In this document: positions 54,461-64,000 of the stretch, piece by piece | How the letters are laid out: every line of letters begins with the position of its first letter | How positions within the stretch are numbered: the stretch's first letter is position 1 | Source: Candidatus Omnitrophota bacterium | Lineage (GTDB): Bacteria; Omnitrophota; Gorgyraeia; Zapsychrales; Fredricksoniimonadaceae | DNA: 64,000 bases | Assembly: GCA_963769315.1 (NCBI GenBank) | Contig: CAVYLG010000005.1 | Location: forward strand, 6,075 to 70,074 | Direction: 5' to 3' | Notes under the pieces: model-generated | Databases searched by the model: none | Told to the model about the DNA's origin: nothing | What the model saw: the letters and a program-made list of their open reading frames with translations, nothing else | Program-made: the position numbers and the translations under genes

Positions 54461-54919
54461 ATGCTAAACGGATTTAAAAGGATAATCTTATTTTCTGCCC
54501 TTCCTTTGCTAATAATATGCCCGACCACTTCCTTGGCATGGCATGATTATACTTATGATGGGGATTGGAATTATCACGGGAGCGGCCGGGACCATCCCTA
54601 TTCAGATTATATCGATCGATATTATTATATTGGGTATGCTGATTATTCCACGCCTGGACCGAATTATGTTGATTGGTCCTCTTATATTAATAATGTAACT
54701 CCCCCTGCTATTACACCCGTACCGGCACAACTAATTACGCAAGCACCAGCGGCACCTGCTCCTCAACCCAATGAATATACCGTTAATATCCCTAATGACC
54801 ATGGAGGTTACACAGCCGTTGTCATCAAAAGATCAGGGAATGGATATACCGGCCCCCAAGGGGAATATTACCCTGAATTCCCTAAGGTCTTTCAATTAAA
54901 AATTATGTATGGGAAATAA
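54461..54919 (+). CDS. Secreted Tyr/Asp/Pro-rich hypothetical protein
   Basis: Signal peptide and low-complexity composition. No motif recognised. Confidence 0.5.
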   Translation: MLNGFKRIILFSALPLLIICPTTSLAWHDYTYDGDWNYHGSGRDHPYSDYIDRYYYIGYADYSTPGPNYVDWSSYINNVTPPAITPVPAQLITQAPAAPAPQPNEYTVNIPNDHGGYTAVVIKRSGNGYTGPQGEYYPEFPKVFQLKIMYGK

Positions 54920-54954
54920 AGGTGACGGACACATTTATTTTGTCACCTTTATTT
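54914..54954. terminator. 13-bp perfect inverted repeat between convergent genes (bidirectional terminator candidate)
   Basis: aaataaaggtgac (54914-54926) pairs with gtcacctttattt (54942-54954) and is followed by tt. A related hairpin aaaggtgtccgtcaccttt lies near 62266-62290. Confidence 0.5.
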
Positions 54955-55425
54955 TTAGAAAGGCGGTAGTAGCTGGTCCATCCCACCAAAAGAAGAAACT
55001 ACATCTTTATGGACAAGATAATACAAAACAATAATCCCGGATAGAAAAGCAAAGAGAAAAGGAAGCCAAACTCCAGGGGTAATTTGATTGGCTTGAAAAT
55101 ATGAAAAGATAAAACTTGCGTTAAACAATAATAAGAGCAGAAATAAAATAATAATAAGTGAACTGCCTAAAATACAAATCACTAAGCTAAAGAAAAGGAT
55201 CTTCCAGCACAATTTACTCAAATTAACGAAACCTACACTAACCCAGATAAACCCAACTCCGAATATAGCCAAAGATGCCCAAGGCAACCATTTGCTGAAA
55301 TCTTGGCTGAAAATACTCGCAGGATTGTTAATAACGACACTGATAACTGAGAATACAATATAAATTCCTAGAATAAAAGAATAGAAGGCAATGGGGATAA
55401 TCGTTGTGGAGTTTATTTCGTCCAT
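54955..55425 (-). CDS. Membrane protein (156 aa, 4 TM helices)
   Basis: Hydrophobic profile only. Confidence 0.5.
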   Translation of the reverse strand: MDEINSTTIIPIAFYSFILGIYIVFSVISVVINNPASIFSQDFSKWLPWASLAIFGVGFIWVSVGFVNLSKLCWKILFFSLVICILGSSLIIILFLLLLLFNASFIFSYFQANQITPGVWLPFLFAFLSGIIVLYYLVHKDVVSSFGGMDQLLPPF

Positions 55426-55456
55426 AATTCCTCTTCTAAATTCCTCTTTTGAAAGA

Positions 55457-56164
55457 CTAACACTTCAGCATTTCCATGTCAATTTTATTCATAGAAAAAG
55501 AATGCTGACAACGTGTTCTTTTGTCAATCACCCTGACTGCACAATTTTGACAGTCGGGTTTGGACTGACATACACAAGAACCATGATGGTCAATTAAAGC
55601 ATGGTATTCATTATATAAATAGACATCTTCCGGAAGGTTTTGCATAAAAGACTTTCTGATTTCATCATAAGTTTTCATGCCATTTAAAAGACCATACCTC
55701 TGCAGGAATCTTTTCGTGTATGCGTCCGACACAAACGAAGGTTTTCTGCCCGCGTAAAGCAAAATACAGTCTGCGGTTTCCTGCCCTATCCCCCTTATCT
55801 TTAACAACTGACCCCTTAAATCGTCCATTTCTTCATTAAACAGCCTGTCTAATGAGCCGCCGTACTTCTTAATCAAAAAAGAACTGAATGCTTTTAAGTT
55901 ATGGGCTTTTTGGTTGTAAAACCTCGAACTTTTTATTTGATCTGCTATTTCTTTGTGGCTTGCCGCAACAATTGCCTCAGGAGAAAGCAATCCGGCTTTC
56001 TTTAAATTAATGACAGCCTTTTTGGCATTGCTCCAGGACACGTTTTGGGTAAGCACAGCCCCTGCTATAACCTCAAACCTTGTCCTTGCCGGCCACCACT
56101 TTCTGGGGCCATAGCGGTCTAACAATCTCTGAAATATTTTAAGGTGTATGTTTTTTGAATTCAT
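55457..56164 (-). CDS. Endonuclease III-related HhH-GPD protein (COG2231-like) with C-terminal Cys cluster
   Basis: RKWWPARTRFEVIAGAVLTQNVSWSNA, IRGIGQETADCILLYA and CVCQSKPDCQNCAV. The start is set at ATG 56162-56164 (MNSKNIHL); the ORF-track extension looks spurious. Confidence 0.7.
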   Translation of the reverse strand: MNSKNIHLKIFQRLLDRYGPRKWWPARTRFEVIAGAVLTQNVSWSNAKKAVINLKKAGLLSPEAIVAASHKEIADQIKSSRFYNQKAHNLKAFSSFLIKKYGGSLDRLFNEEMDDLRGQLLKIRGIGQETADCILLYAGRKPSFVSDAYTKRFLQRYGLLNGMKTYDEIRKSFMQNLPEDVYLYNEYHALIDHHGSCVCQSKPDCQNCAVRVIDKRTRCQHSFSMNKIDMEMLKC

Positions 56165-56421
56165 TATATTTACAAAGTAAAATTGCCAATAGGCATGGTA
56201 TGGGTAAAATAAGGGATAAATCGTATTCGCCTTTGGTCTTAAATACATATAGGCATATCAAGAGAAACGAAATAAACCAAACGAGTTTTCTTAAAATATG
56301 CAACTTAAAACCATCACAAAAACAAAACCCCACAAAAAGAGTGTATAGACTAAGCGCTAAAAATTGCATAAATAATGTTTTGTCCATAATTGCCTCAATT
56401 AGTTCGAGTTACGTTGGGTAA

Positions 56422-56532
56422 AAGATTGCTTCGGTCCTCATGGCCCTCATACCGGACACTCGCAGTTGCTCGCCGGACACTCACAGTTGTTCGTCGGCAT
56501 AAATGGATACGCCAGCCTCCTCGCAATGACAC
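56422..56532. repeat. Expanded family A repeat with an internal duplicated insert
   Basis: aagattgcttcgg ... cctcctcgcaatgacac brackets two copies of cggacactc(g/a)cagttg(c/t)tcg(c/t)cgg. It abuts the stop of the SRAP gene. Confidence 0.7.
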
Positions 56533-57191
56533 TATATCTCCAATGGCTTTATGATTTCCTCCGAATTATTCGTCGGTGAATTAATCAATGTACTTATCGG
56601 ATACGCATCCATCTTTTCCGCAGGATAGCTTCTAAGCATAGGTAAAATATAATTAATAGGGGTATCTTGCAGCCATTTAGATTCATCTTCAGGATCTAAA
56701 ATGACCGGCATACGGTCATGGATACCGGCCACTAATTTATTAGAGGGGGTAGTAATTATACTAAAGGAATAAAATTGTTTCTCCCCTTCTCCCCAGGAAT
56801 CCCAAATACCGGCAAAGGCAAAGGGCTCTTCGTTCTTTAAAAAAATCCTGTAGGGGGTCTTTTTATCAGCCTTTCTTTGCCACTCATAAAACCCGTCGGA
56901 CAAAACCAGACACCTCTTTGATTTAATTAAACGTTTATAGGTCGGTTTCTCTAAAATTGTCTCTGCCCTGGCGTTGATCATACTGTATGAAGTCTTCTCT
57001 TCTTTGGACCATGAGGGAACAAGGCCAAAACGAGCCAGAGCTAATTCATTTGGGAAAGTATTTAAAATGACCGGAGCATCTTGTTGCGGGGCTATGTTAA
57101 AAAGAAGGGGTAAATGATCAGGGACCCTTTCTAAATTAAACCTTTTTTGAATATCCTGCTTGGATTTAGTTTGGGAAAAACGGCCGCACAT
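56532..57191 (-). CDS. yedK: SOS-response-associated peptidase (SRAP/YedK family) abasic-site processing protein
   Basis: MCGRFSQ N-terminus with the catalytic Cys2. Collinear SRAP motifs are NARAETI, RCLVLSDGFYEW and FAFAGIWD. Confidence 0.85.
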   Translation of the reverse strand: MCGRFSQTKSKQDIQKRFNLERVPDHLPLLFNIAPQQDAPVILNTFPNELALARFGLVPSWSKEEKTSYSMINARAETILEKPTYKRLIKSKRCLVLSDGFYEWQRKADKKTPYRIFLKNEEPFAFAGIWDSWGEGEKQFYSFSIITTPSNKLVAGIHDRMPVILDPEDESKWLQDTPINYILPMLRSYPAEKMDAYPISTLINSPTNNSEEIIKPLEI

Positions 57192-58480
57192 TAAATTTTT
57201 ATCTCTAAAAGTTCATCCCATCTCGTCGTATAACGCTTTGATTTATGCGACTGCTTCATATACCAAGGCTTGCCTAAGCCTTCCGCCGCAAAAAATAACT
57301 GCCCGCTATTACCTGAACGGTTATGCCCATCCAATACCTTCATCAAGCGCTGATTCGTACTTTGGGCATAAACAGGCTCAAATAAATCCTGTTGGGCCAA
57401 ACTCTCATCTGAAAAATTCGTTAACATGACACCACAGCTCTTATAACGGTAGCCTTGCTTGTATATCTTTGATAAAAGCCTCTTGGCTATCCCGACTAAT
57501 TGCGGCGTATAGGCCGTTGGCGGTGTAATATCGATGCTGGCTGAATTGCGGTAATAGCGTCCTTTAAACGGATTCGTTTCAATAAAAACCTGAATATACC
57601 CGGCAACCGAACCCTGATATCTCACTTTCTCTGAAGCCTTGGAAACATAAGCTGAGATAGCCTCCTCCATTTCATCTAAACTGTTTACTTCGTGGCCAAA
57701 AGTCCGGGAAGTAACAATAGCCTTCTTATTTGGTTGTATTTCTTCAAACGTTATCGTGGGCGTCCCTCCCAATTCCATGACCGTACGCAATGTCATGACC
57801 GTTAAATGTTTCTTGATCCACTCCTCCGGCGCATTCTTTAACTGTAAGGCATTGGTGATGCCATGACGGTTCAAAAATAAAGCCTTTTCATGCCCTATTC
57901 CCCAAATTTCCCTGACCGGGGTCTTTTCAAGCCAGTGATCAATGTCTTTTTCATCAGTAAAACAAAATACCCCGCCCATCCTGGGATTACCTTTGGCAAT
58001 ATGATTGGCTACCTTGGCCAAGGTCTTGGTTGGGGCAATACCAACGGAAACAGGAATACCTGTTTGTTCTTTAACTGCACTCCTGATCTTTCTGCCATAA
58101 GGCAAATACCCGTAATTTTCAAAACCTTCCAAAGACAAAAAAGCTTCATCAATCGAATAGATCTCTAAATTAGGGGTAAAAGAAGATAAAACAGACATTA
58201 CCCTGCCGGACATGTCCCCATACAACACAAAATTCGCCGAGAAGACTTTAACATCATGCCGTTTAACCAGTTCTTCGCATTTGAAGATAGGGGCTCCCAT
58301 AGCTATACCCACATCTTTGGCTTCCTGAGAACGTGAAATAGCGCATCCGTCGTTATTAGATAAAACGACTACAGGTTTATTCTTAAGGGCAGGGTTAAAC
58401 GCTCTTTCGCAGGACACATAAAAGCTGTTGCAGTCAACGAGGGCAAAAACTTTTTTCATATTTTTATTTAACAAAATCAA
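57191..58480 (-). CDS. umuC: Y-family translesion DNA polymerase, UmuC-like
   Basis: [48 protein letters not shown] is nearly collinear with the E. coli UmuC N-terminus. Confidence 0.85.
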   Translation of the reverse strand: MILLNKNMKKVFALVDCNSFYVSCERAFNPALKNKPVVVLSNNDGCAISRSQEAKDVGIAMGAPIFKCEELVKRHDVKVFSANFVLYGDMSGRVMSVLSSFTPNLEIYSIDEAFLSLEGFENYGYLPYGRKIRSAVKEQTGIPVSVGIAPTKTLAKVANHIAKGNPRMGGVFCFTDEKDIDHWLEKTPVREIWGIGHEKALFLNRHGITNALQLKNAPEEWIKKHLTVMTLRTVMELGGTPTITFEEIQPNKKAIVTSRTFGHEVNSLDEMEEAISAYVSKASEKVRYQGSVAGYIQVFIETNPFKGRYYRNSASIDITPPTAYTPQLVGIAKRLLSKIYKQGYRYKSCGVMLTNFSDESLAQQDLFEPVYAQSTNQRLMKVLDGHNRSGNSGQLFFAAEGLGKPWYMKQSHKSKRYTTRWDELLEIKI

Positions 58481-58872
58481 CCTTTGTATTGCTCGTCGGT
58501 GACCTTTTCCATCCAGTCAACCGCTTTGCCATTAAGTTGTTCCTGAATGGCGATGTGAGTCATGGCCCTGGTTGGTGTTGCGCCATGCCAATGCTTTTCG
58601 TGGGGCGCGAAGGAGATTACATCGCCCGGCCGGATATCTTCGATGAGGCCTCCCCAACGCTGCGCACGCCCTAAACCCGCGATTACGATCAAAATCTGAC
58701 CCAACGGGTGCGTATGCCATGCTGTTCGAGCGCCCGGCTCGAAGGTAACACTGGCGCCCACAACGCGCGCAGGAGCGTTTGCCTGGAACAAGGGGTCAAC
58801 GCGCACCGTACCGGTAAAATACTCCGCTGGGCCTTTGGCAGAAGGCTGTGAGCCGCTTCTTTTGATTTCCAT
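58477..58872 (-). CDS. Cupin-domain protein, compositionally foreign (GC-rich)
   Basis: [20 protein letters not shown]...[19 protein letters not shown]. Line 58561-58620 has 35/60 G+C by my count. The stop overlaps the umuC start (ATGA) and the start lies 16 nt after the umuD stop. Confidence 0.8.
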   Translation of the reverse strand: MEIKRSGSQPSAKGPAEYFTGTVRVDPLFQANAPARVVGASVTFEPGARTAWHTHPLGQILIVIAGLGRAQRWGGLIEDIRPGDVISFAPHEKHWHGATPTRAMTHIAIQEQLNGKAVDWMEKVTDEQYKG

Positions 58873-58888
58873 ATTTTGATTCCTTCCC

Positions 58889-59317
58889 TTACACCGAATG
58901 GATCACATGGATCACAACTCCCCACACTTCAAAATCCATACCGTCTTTTATTTCCATCGGGGAATACTTCGGGTTCTCTGAGATCAAGAATAACTTATCT
59001 TTATTTTTACTGATCCTCTTAACGGTAAAATCCCCGTTAACAACCGCGACAATAATGCGTTTATCTTTAGGCTCAAGGGAACGGTCAACAATAAGAATAT
59101 CGCCGGAGCTTATCCCGGCCCCCACCATAGAATCCCCTTTGACCTTAACAAAAAATGTTGAGGCCGGGTGTTTGATGAGGTGCTCGTTTAAATCCAACTT
59201 TTTATCTAAATAATCTTCTGCCGGCGATGGGAAACCGGCTTTGATGCGGGACAGGTAAAGCGGCAAGGGTTGTTTGATAGCAGTATCAGCTTTGAAGATT
59301 TCAACGACCTTGGTCAT
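58889..59317 (-). CDS. umuD: UmuD-like S24 LexA-family peptidase
   Basis: [22 protein letters not shown]...[22 protein letters not shown]...[10 protein letters not shown]. Confidence 0.85.
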   Translation of the reverse strand: MTKVVEIFKADTAIKQPLPLYLSRIKAGFPSPAEDYLDKKLDLNEHLIKHPASTFFVKVKGDSMVGAGISSGDILIVDRSLEPKDKRIIVAVVNGDFTVKRISKNKDKLFLISENPKYSPMEIKDGMDFEVWGVVIHVIHSV

Positions 59318-59363
59318 TGCGTAATTGTACTCTTAACCCCAAATTTGAACAAGTTTAAAAACT

Positions 59364-62114
59364 TTATGGGCTGGTTTGCAGATGGGAAAATAACGGCGTC
59401 TGGCTGGCGGGTTTGATGGAAAGGATAACAGGATCTAAGCCTTCGATATTGCTTAGCTGGGCCAGGTCCTGCTGGGCCAATGGAAGGACCACCCCTTTGC
59501 CGTCGCGTTTGATAAGCATGGACAGATTGGCGGAGTTTAAGTCAATACCGCCGTTTATCATCGCCGCGTTTGAGTCGATACCACCTCGAACTTTAGTCCG
59601 CTTCCATTTTGGAGTCGTCCAATTCTTATCAGTTTGAAGTCTGTCCATACGTGGATTCGTAGGCTCTCGCTCGTCTGGTTCCCCTAGTCTAGAGCCTCTT
59701 AGGTTCCTTATAAAGGCCCCACGACCGGATCCTTTTCTCTCTTGCGACCTCATCGCCTGGTTAACTCTGATTTTATCCGCAATGGCTTGTAAAGATTCGG
59801 TTTCATTAGGCCTAAGATCCGATAAAGCCAACGGTCGTGGATCCACATACCTTCTAAAAGCTGCCACATATGTATCTTTAGCTCTTTTCTGTATGATTTG
59901 AGAAGAAGTCCCATTAAGTTGCCCCATCATGGAAAGAAGCTCCCCATAAACATTATTATTTATTCGATACGTTGGATCTAAAGCTTTAAAAATATTAGGC
60001 TCAAAGACTTCTTTCCCGGTAGAATATTTATGAAGATATGTTGTAACTAAACCCGCTGTTAAATACCATGTTGCTCCATTCCCAATTCCATCCAATGCAG
60101 TTAAATACTTCCATAATTGCGGATGGACATTGTCCCGCATTGCGAACAAACGCGCTATGAATAAGGATAGGGTCTCATATTTAACCAATTCATCCAGTAT
60201 TAACTTGGGATCTGCCGTTGGGAAAGAGCGTCTAACAAGCTCATTGACCCTAAATTCTATCCCCCGTAAAAGATTGTTTTGCTCCCTGGTGAGTCCCCCC
60301 AGTGCCTGTATATTAAAATAATTTGTATTGGGGTCATTAACAGTTCTGATAATCCTGTCCCTTTCAATGTCAAGGGATGGTAAAAATATAATCCCGTAAG
60401 GATCCTCATGGGACTCCCAGCTTCTCCACACTTCATCATACGGTATTGGGAATGGTGAAACATTGCTCGTTAAAAAGATCGAAAAATTCTTGCCTTCGAC
60501 TTTATATGTCTTATGACCTGTGATTTTAAGTAAAGCAATTTTTCTATTTCCAGGATGGCTTAAAAGTTCACTATTTAAACTCACCAAGGATATAACTAAA
60601 TACCCCCGAGGGATCAAAACTTTGTTCAATTCCCGAAGAATTGATTGCACTTCATCAACAAAATCTGAATTTCTCCCTATAGCAGCTATTGGGTCAGCTA
60701 TTATGCTTTGTACAATATTATGAAATTCATCATCATATGTTCTTTCAATAGGCAATAAAAGATCATCTATTTTATTGCCTAAAGTGGCGCTAGGTAATTG
60801 ACTTTTGAAATGATCAACCGCTTTTCTTATTTCTGAAGTTTGTGCAGCATTAAAAGATCCCCTCCTTCCCGCATTTAAAGGGGATGGGCGACTGGCTTTT
60901 GCAGTCATCGGCACCCTCACCGCTGCTCTTGCCCTATACATAGCAACTGTGGCAACTTCATCTCGGGGCAGGTCGTTTCTTTCTGCCTGAATTCCTAGAG
61001 CATCACTGCGTGTTATCTGAACGATTTTATGGCCAAATGCCAACATAGCCTGACTGTAATTACCAGACCCACCCGAAAAATATTTTCTTGGGACCGTCTC
61101 ATTGGTGTATTTATCCACATCTTCTTTAATAAAATTAAACACACCTTTTTTGTATGCCTTTAAGTATTGCCTGTAAATTTCTTCATTTGTTTTAGGGTCC
61201 TGGTCAACACCTTTGACTTTGGCTTTATTGGCGTAAATTTGCCCCAACAACGATTCCCTTAGTTCGCGCTTAAACCAAGTGGCCAAAAGCATTCCACTGT
61301 ACACCTGCCTTAAAGCCGCAAAATTCTTGTCTTCATTGACTTCACGTTGTAATTCAGGAAGGACGATTTGACGCACGATTTTGCTTCCTAAAGCGTTGAT
61401 GTTGGAAAGAGATTGCTTCGTCGCTACGCTCCTCGCAATGACACCGGAAGCAATGCCTGAATGCTTTTGCAAGGACAAATAATCCTCTTCCAACATTACC
61501 CGTAAATGGTTCCTTAAAATATAGGCGGTATTGCCTTTTTCATAAATGAGCGCGTCATCAGGAAGGATCCATACCTTATTAAAGGTATTCACCGGAATAT
61601 TAGTTGTGCCATATTGTTGCTGGGCTTTTGCATAAACTGTACTCCAGAATTTTTTACCTAAATTATCTTCCGGATATATTAAAGAAGCGGTAATTTGCTT
61701 GAGCATATAATCCTGGGCCAAAAGGTCACGGCCCATTTCAGTCTTGCCAAAGTCATCTTTGATGATGCGGTCTTTTTCATACGGTGAAAGATTTACCCAT
61801 TGATTATCATCAGGGATCGCAAGCGAAGCTAAAAAATATTTTGTAAGTTTGGTATACTCCTCTTTTTTTTGTGGATCTGTCAACGGCTTGTCACCCTTAT
61901 AAATAATAAAGTCAAATTTAAGAGGGTCCTCGGGATGTACCACTATTCCTTTTAAATAAGCAGGCGTAAACTCAGGGCTTAAAGGCACCATGACGCCCGG
62001 TTTGGGCATATAAGGCATCGGATCGATCCGGGCAAAAACCGGCGCATGGATCGATGAGCCTATAAAACTCACCACCAAAATTGAAACAATAATTTTGCGT
62101 GTTTGTTTAAGCAT
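59364..62114 (-). CDS. Giant modular secreted protein, family member 3 (N-domain + C-terminal GGIDL domain)
   Basis: 916 aa with a signal peptide and the shared N-domain (QWVNLSPYEKDRII, TEMGRDLLAQDYMLKQITASLIYPE, PRKYFSGG). The last 62 aa (59367-59552) form the GGIDL domain. Confidence 0.85.
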   Translation of the reverse strand: MLKQTRKIIVSILVVSFIGSSIHAPVFARIDPMPYMPKPGVMVPLSPEFTPAYLKGIVVHPEDPLKFDFIIYKGDKPLTDPQKKEEYTKLTKYFLASLAIPDDNQWVNLSPYEKDRIIKDDFGKTEMGRDLLAQDYMLKQITASLIYPEDNLGKKFWSTVYAKAQQQYGTTNIPVNTFNKVWILPDDALIYEKGNTAYILRNHLRVMLEEDYLSLQKHSGIASGVIARSVATKQSLSNINALGSKIVRQIVLPELQREVNEDKNFAALRQVYSGMLLATWFKRELRESLLGQIYANKAKVKGVDQDPKTNEEIYRQYLKAYKKGVFNFIKEDVDKYTNETVPRKYFSGGSGNYSQAMLAFGHKIVQITRSDALGIQAERNDLPRDEVATVAMYRARAAVRVPMTAKASRPSPLNAGRRGSFNAAQTSEIRKAVDHFKSQLPSATLGNKIDDLLLPIERTYDDEFHNIVQSIIADPIAAIGRNSDFVDEVQSILRELNKVLIPRGYLVISLVSLNSELLSHPGNRKIALLKITGHKTYKVEGKNFSIFLTSNVSPFPIPYDEVWRSWESHEDPYGIIFLPSLDIERDRIIRTVNDPNTNYFNIQALGGLTREQNNLLRGIEFRVNELVRRSFPTADPKLILDELVKYETLSLFIARLFAMRDNVHPQLWKYLTALDGIGNGATWYLTAGLVTTYLHKYSTGKEVFEPNIFKALDPTYRINNNVYGELLSMMGQLNGTSSQIIQKRAKDTYVAAFRRYVDPRPLALSDLRPNETESLQAIADKIRVNQAMRSQERKGSGRGAFIRNLRGSRLGEPDEREPTNPRMDRLQTDKNWTTPKWKRTKVRGGIDSNAAMINGGIDLNSANLSMLIKRDGKGVVLPLAQQDLAQLSNIEGLDPVILSIKPASQTPLFSHLQTSP
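61409..61444. repeat. Family A palindromic repeat inserted in frame inside the 59364..62114 CDS
   Basis: gagattgcttcgtcgctacgctcctcgcaatgacac is translated as GVIARSVATKQSLS. It occupies the same loop that holds the family B element in 48387..52082. Confidence 0.8.
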
Positions 62115-62363
62115 ATTTTTGTTGATCTAAAAGAAAATGGAAGTCATTCTCTCTCTTTCCACAGAAATATGAATCCCTTCTTAAAGGGTGCCATATTAAT
62201 AACTGGCTGTCAAGGCAACCAGATATAAATATAAGTTTAGATATGGATTAGACAAATAAAGGTAAATAAAGGTGTCCGTCACCTTTATTTTAAGATCCTT
62301 GGGGGAAGGATGAATTGCAAGGATTATACTTTGCTTCGCTTAGGATAAGAATAATCTTACGCC

Positions 62364-62768
62364 CTACTTTTTCTTGGGGACCGGCTTCTTCTTCCCAATG
62401 GGCTTTTTTACTGTAACAGCCTTCTTCTTTCTTTTAACCTCTGGTTCCAAAATATTAATTTGAGGTTTAGCATCGACTTTTATCCCTGATAAGCTGATCA
62501 CTTTACGACGAGAAAAGCAATCTTGGCAATATACCGCCCGGTCCGGACTAGGCTTAAAGGGAATAGAACATTCTTTCTTGCAATCCGCGCAAATCGCCAT
62601 ATGCATCACCCGACGATTAGTATTAACAGGAATTTTGGGGGATGGCTTCGCTTCAAGTAGAGATCGATGAATTAAAGTGTCTACCTTCTTGTCGAGCATA
62701 GTAAGAAGGGCCTGTATTTTATTAATTAACTCCAACATATCTGTTTCATTCTTAGAAGCTTGTTTCAT
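62364..62768 (-). CDS. CxxC-x17-CxxC zinc-binding protein with Lys-rich tail
   Basis: CADCKKECSIPFKPSPDRAVYCQDCF has exactly 17 residues between the two CxxC pairs. The C-terminus reads KKKAVTVKKPIGKKKPVPKKK. Confidence 0.6.
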   Translation of the reverse strand: MKQASKNETDMLELINKIQALLTMLDKKVDTLIHRSLLEAKPSPKIPVNTNRRVMHMAICADCKKECSIPFKPSPDRAVYCQDCFSRRKVISLSGIKVDAKPQINILEPEVKRKKKAVTVKKPIGKKKPVPKKK

Positions 62769-62817
62769 GATTATCCCCCGTTTAGAAAATGTTTATCCTA
62801 CTTTGCAATGACACTCA

Positions 62818-63570
62818 TCAAAGATTCACACCACCGGAGACTTCGATGCGCTGGCCGTTGATCCAACGATTGTCATCGGACAACAGAGAAGCGACAACGC
62901 CGCCGATATCATCAGGCAATCCGACACGTCCCAAAGCGGTTTGTGAGGCAATGGATTTATTTAATTCTTTATTGTCCCGCACAACGCCGCCCCCGAAATC
63001 GGTTTCAATAGCACCGGGCGCAACAACGTTTACGGTGATTTTACGTGGCCCCAGTTCCTTGGCCATGTACCGAGTGAGCGTCTCGATGCCCCCTTTCATG
63101 GTGCCATAAGCAGCACGGCCGGGTAAAGAATACCGGGTCAGACCTGAGGAAATGTTGATAATAGCTCCCCCGTCTTTGATAAGGCCAAGCAGTTTTTGGG
63201 TCAAAAAGAACGGCGCCTTCAAATGAATGTTCATGAGTTGGTCGAACTGCTCCTGGGTTGTTTCCATAAATGTAGCATAGATCCCAATGCCGGCGTTATT
63301 GACAAGGGAATCGAAATTACTACGCTCCCAGTTCTTTTTCAGGACATCCGCAACGTTTTTCGTGAAAGCATCAAAAGAATTAATTTTGGAAACATCAAGC
63401 TGGAGAGCCGCGGCCTTGCGTCCCAGCTTTTTAATTTGAGTAACGACTTCTTGGGCTTCGGACTGCTTGGTATTGTAAGTTAAAATAATGTCATGGCCTT
63501 TTTGAGCCAAATGTAAGGACATGCTTTTTCCCAATCCCCTGCTTCCACCGGTAATAAGAGCTATTTTCAT
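62818..63570 (-). CDS. SDR-family oxidoreductase
   Basis: ALITGGSRGLGKSM (TGxxxGxG), NNAG and the S...YxxxK signature (YGTMKGG). Confidence 0.85.
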   Translation of the reverse strand: MKIALITGGSRGLGKSMSLHLAQKGHDIILTYNTKQSEAQEVVTQIKKLGRKAAALQLDVSKINSFDAFTKNVADVLKKNWERSNFDSLVNNAGIGIYATFMETTQEQFDQLMNIHLKAPFFLTQKLLGLIKDGGAIINISSGLTRYSLPGRAAYGTMKGGIETLTRYMAKELGPRKITVNVVAPGAIETDFGGGVVRDNKELNKSIASQTALGRVGLPDDIGGVVASLLSDDNRWINGQRIEVSGGVNL

Positions 63571-64000
63571 AAATGATTCCTTTCTACTGCGATCTTTTTC
63601 CCCAACTCAATAGCTTGCTTACGAACACCGGGCTGCTTAACAATATCCCCGGATACTCCCGCGTTCTTAACGACCAGGGAAGCATATCTCATTCCCGTGT
63701 ATTCTGCTGTCAATTGAAAAGGTTTCTCAAAAACATCAAACCCCACGTCTTCGTAGCCGCTCCCTAAAAAAACAAATGTCTTGCCCTTAAGCGGAGTTTC
63801 CATGGTATTGGCCGCGTTATCCCATTTATAAAGGGAAAACATCCTGTCCATCACAGCTTTTAACTGACTGCTTGCGCCATAAAAGTAAAGAGGCGAGGAC
63901 ATCACAATCACATCCGCCTGGGGAAAACGGGCCACAGCATCACTGACTTCATCCTTAATAACACAGCGATACGCAGCTCTTTTTTGACAAACACGACAGG
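63567..64000 (-). CDS. Flavodoxin-like NAD(P)H-dependent FMN reductase / iron-sulfur flavoprotein-like, 5'-truncated by the window end
   Basis: ADVIVMSSPLYFYGASSQLKAVMDR. My translation shows the frame stays open to nt 64000 and encodes ..CRVCQKRAAYRCV.. upstream of the ORF-track start. Confidence 0.6.
   Translation of the reverse strand, partial: CRVCQKRAAYRCVIKDEVSDAVARFPQADVIVMSSPLYFYGASSQLKAVMDRMFSLYKWDNAANTMETPLKGKTFVFLGSGYEDVGFDVFEKPFQLTAEYTGMRYASLVVKNAGVSGDIVKQPGVRKQAIELGKKIAVERNHL

Noticed and set aside
56139-56387. 82-aa hydrophobic ORF, and the 28-aa N-terminal extension of the endonuclease III-like ORF (56165..56248).
   Set aside because: The two overlap each other. The EndoIII-like homology begins at MNSKNIHL (ATG 56164). 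The small membrane ORF may be real, but I have no support beyond hydrophobicity.
59344-59359. Imperfect palindrome tttgaacaagtttaaa upstream of umuD as a LexA operator.
   Set aside because: It does not fit any LexA-box consensus I know (CTGT-N8-ACAG, GAAC-N4-GTTC). An AT-rich imperfect palindrome is expected by chance in this composition. It would need a genome-wide motif search upstream of recA/lexA/uvrA.
1-64000. Mobile-element or prophage origin of the two defence islands, and programmed frameshifting as the explanation for the many split genes.
   Set aside because: No transposase, integrase, recombinase, tRNA attachment site or phage structural gene is visible. The frame breaks have no common slippery-site pattern. 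At least one coincides with a homopolymer (48411-48416), so decay or sequencing error is the simpler explanation.

Overview
64-kb low-GC bacterial fragment. I recognised no rRNA, tRNA, CRISPR array, transposase or integrase by eye. Most genes from 9 kb onward are on the minus strand.

Content:
(i) 0-4.5 kb: envelope genes (two GT-C-like membrane proteins, a DUF45/M48-like hydrolase, a TPR protein).
(ii) Four members of a family of very large modular proteins (4820-8524, 45260-47572, 47653-52082, 59364-62114). They share a ~330-aa N-terminal domain and/or a ~60-75-aa extreme C-terminal 'GGIDL' domain around variable enzymatic cargo.
(iii) Defence island A (9.0-19.2 kb): an AT-rich four-gene operon in which a SIR2 protein, a MORC-like GHKL ATPase and a third protein all end in HEPN-like Rx4H domains. 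It is followed by a frame-broken DUF2075 gene, an intact DUF2075 nuclease/NTPase fused to a LexA/UmuD-type S24 peptidase, and a MazG-like gene.
(iv) 19-32.6 kb: two acyltransferase-3 genes, a two-component system, a contiguous block of frame-disrupted genes (ABC exporter, radical-SAM/SPASM maturase, family-5 SBP) and an intact TonB-dependent receptor.
(v) Defence/TA island B (32.8-44.2 kb): a second, nearly identical DUF2075-S24 copy translationally coupled to a reader-HNH nuclease, a radical-SAM (SplB-like) + TcmP pair, a second MazG-like gene, a Cas4-like nuclease, BrnT/A-like and HigB/A-like pairs, an NYN RNase with a convergent tandem-repeat sRNA candidate, and tandem Zn-ribbon/HNH-like modules.
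(vi) 52-64 kb: housekeeping genes plus a umuD-cupin-umuC-SRAP damage-tolerance operon.

Intergenic DNA is saturated with several families of short palindromic repeats, and some copies sit in frame inside the giant genes.

Best candidates for an undescribed system: the DUF2075-S24 (+HNH) module and the triple-HEPN SIR2/GHKL operon. Many genes are frame-disrupted, so assembly or homopolymer errors cannot be excluded. All domain calls are motif recognition by eye, not database searches.
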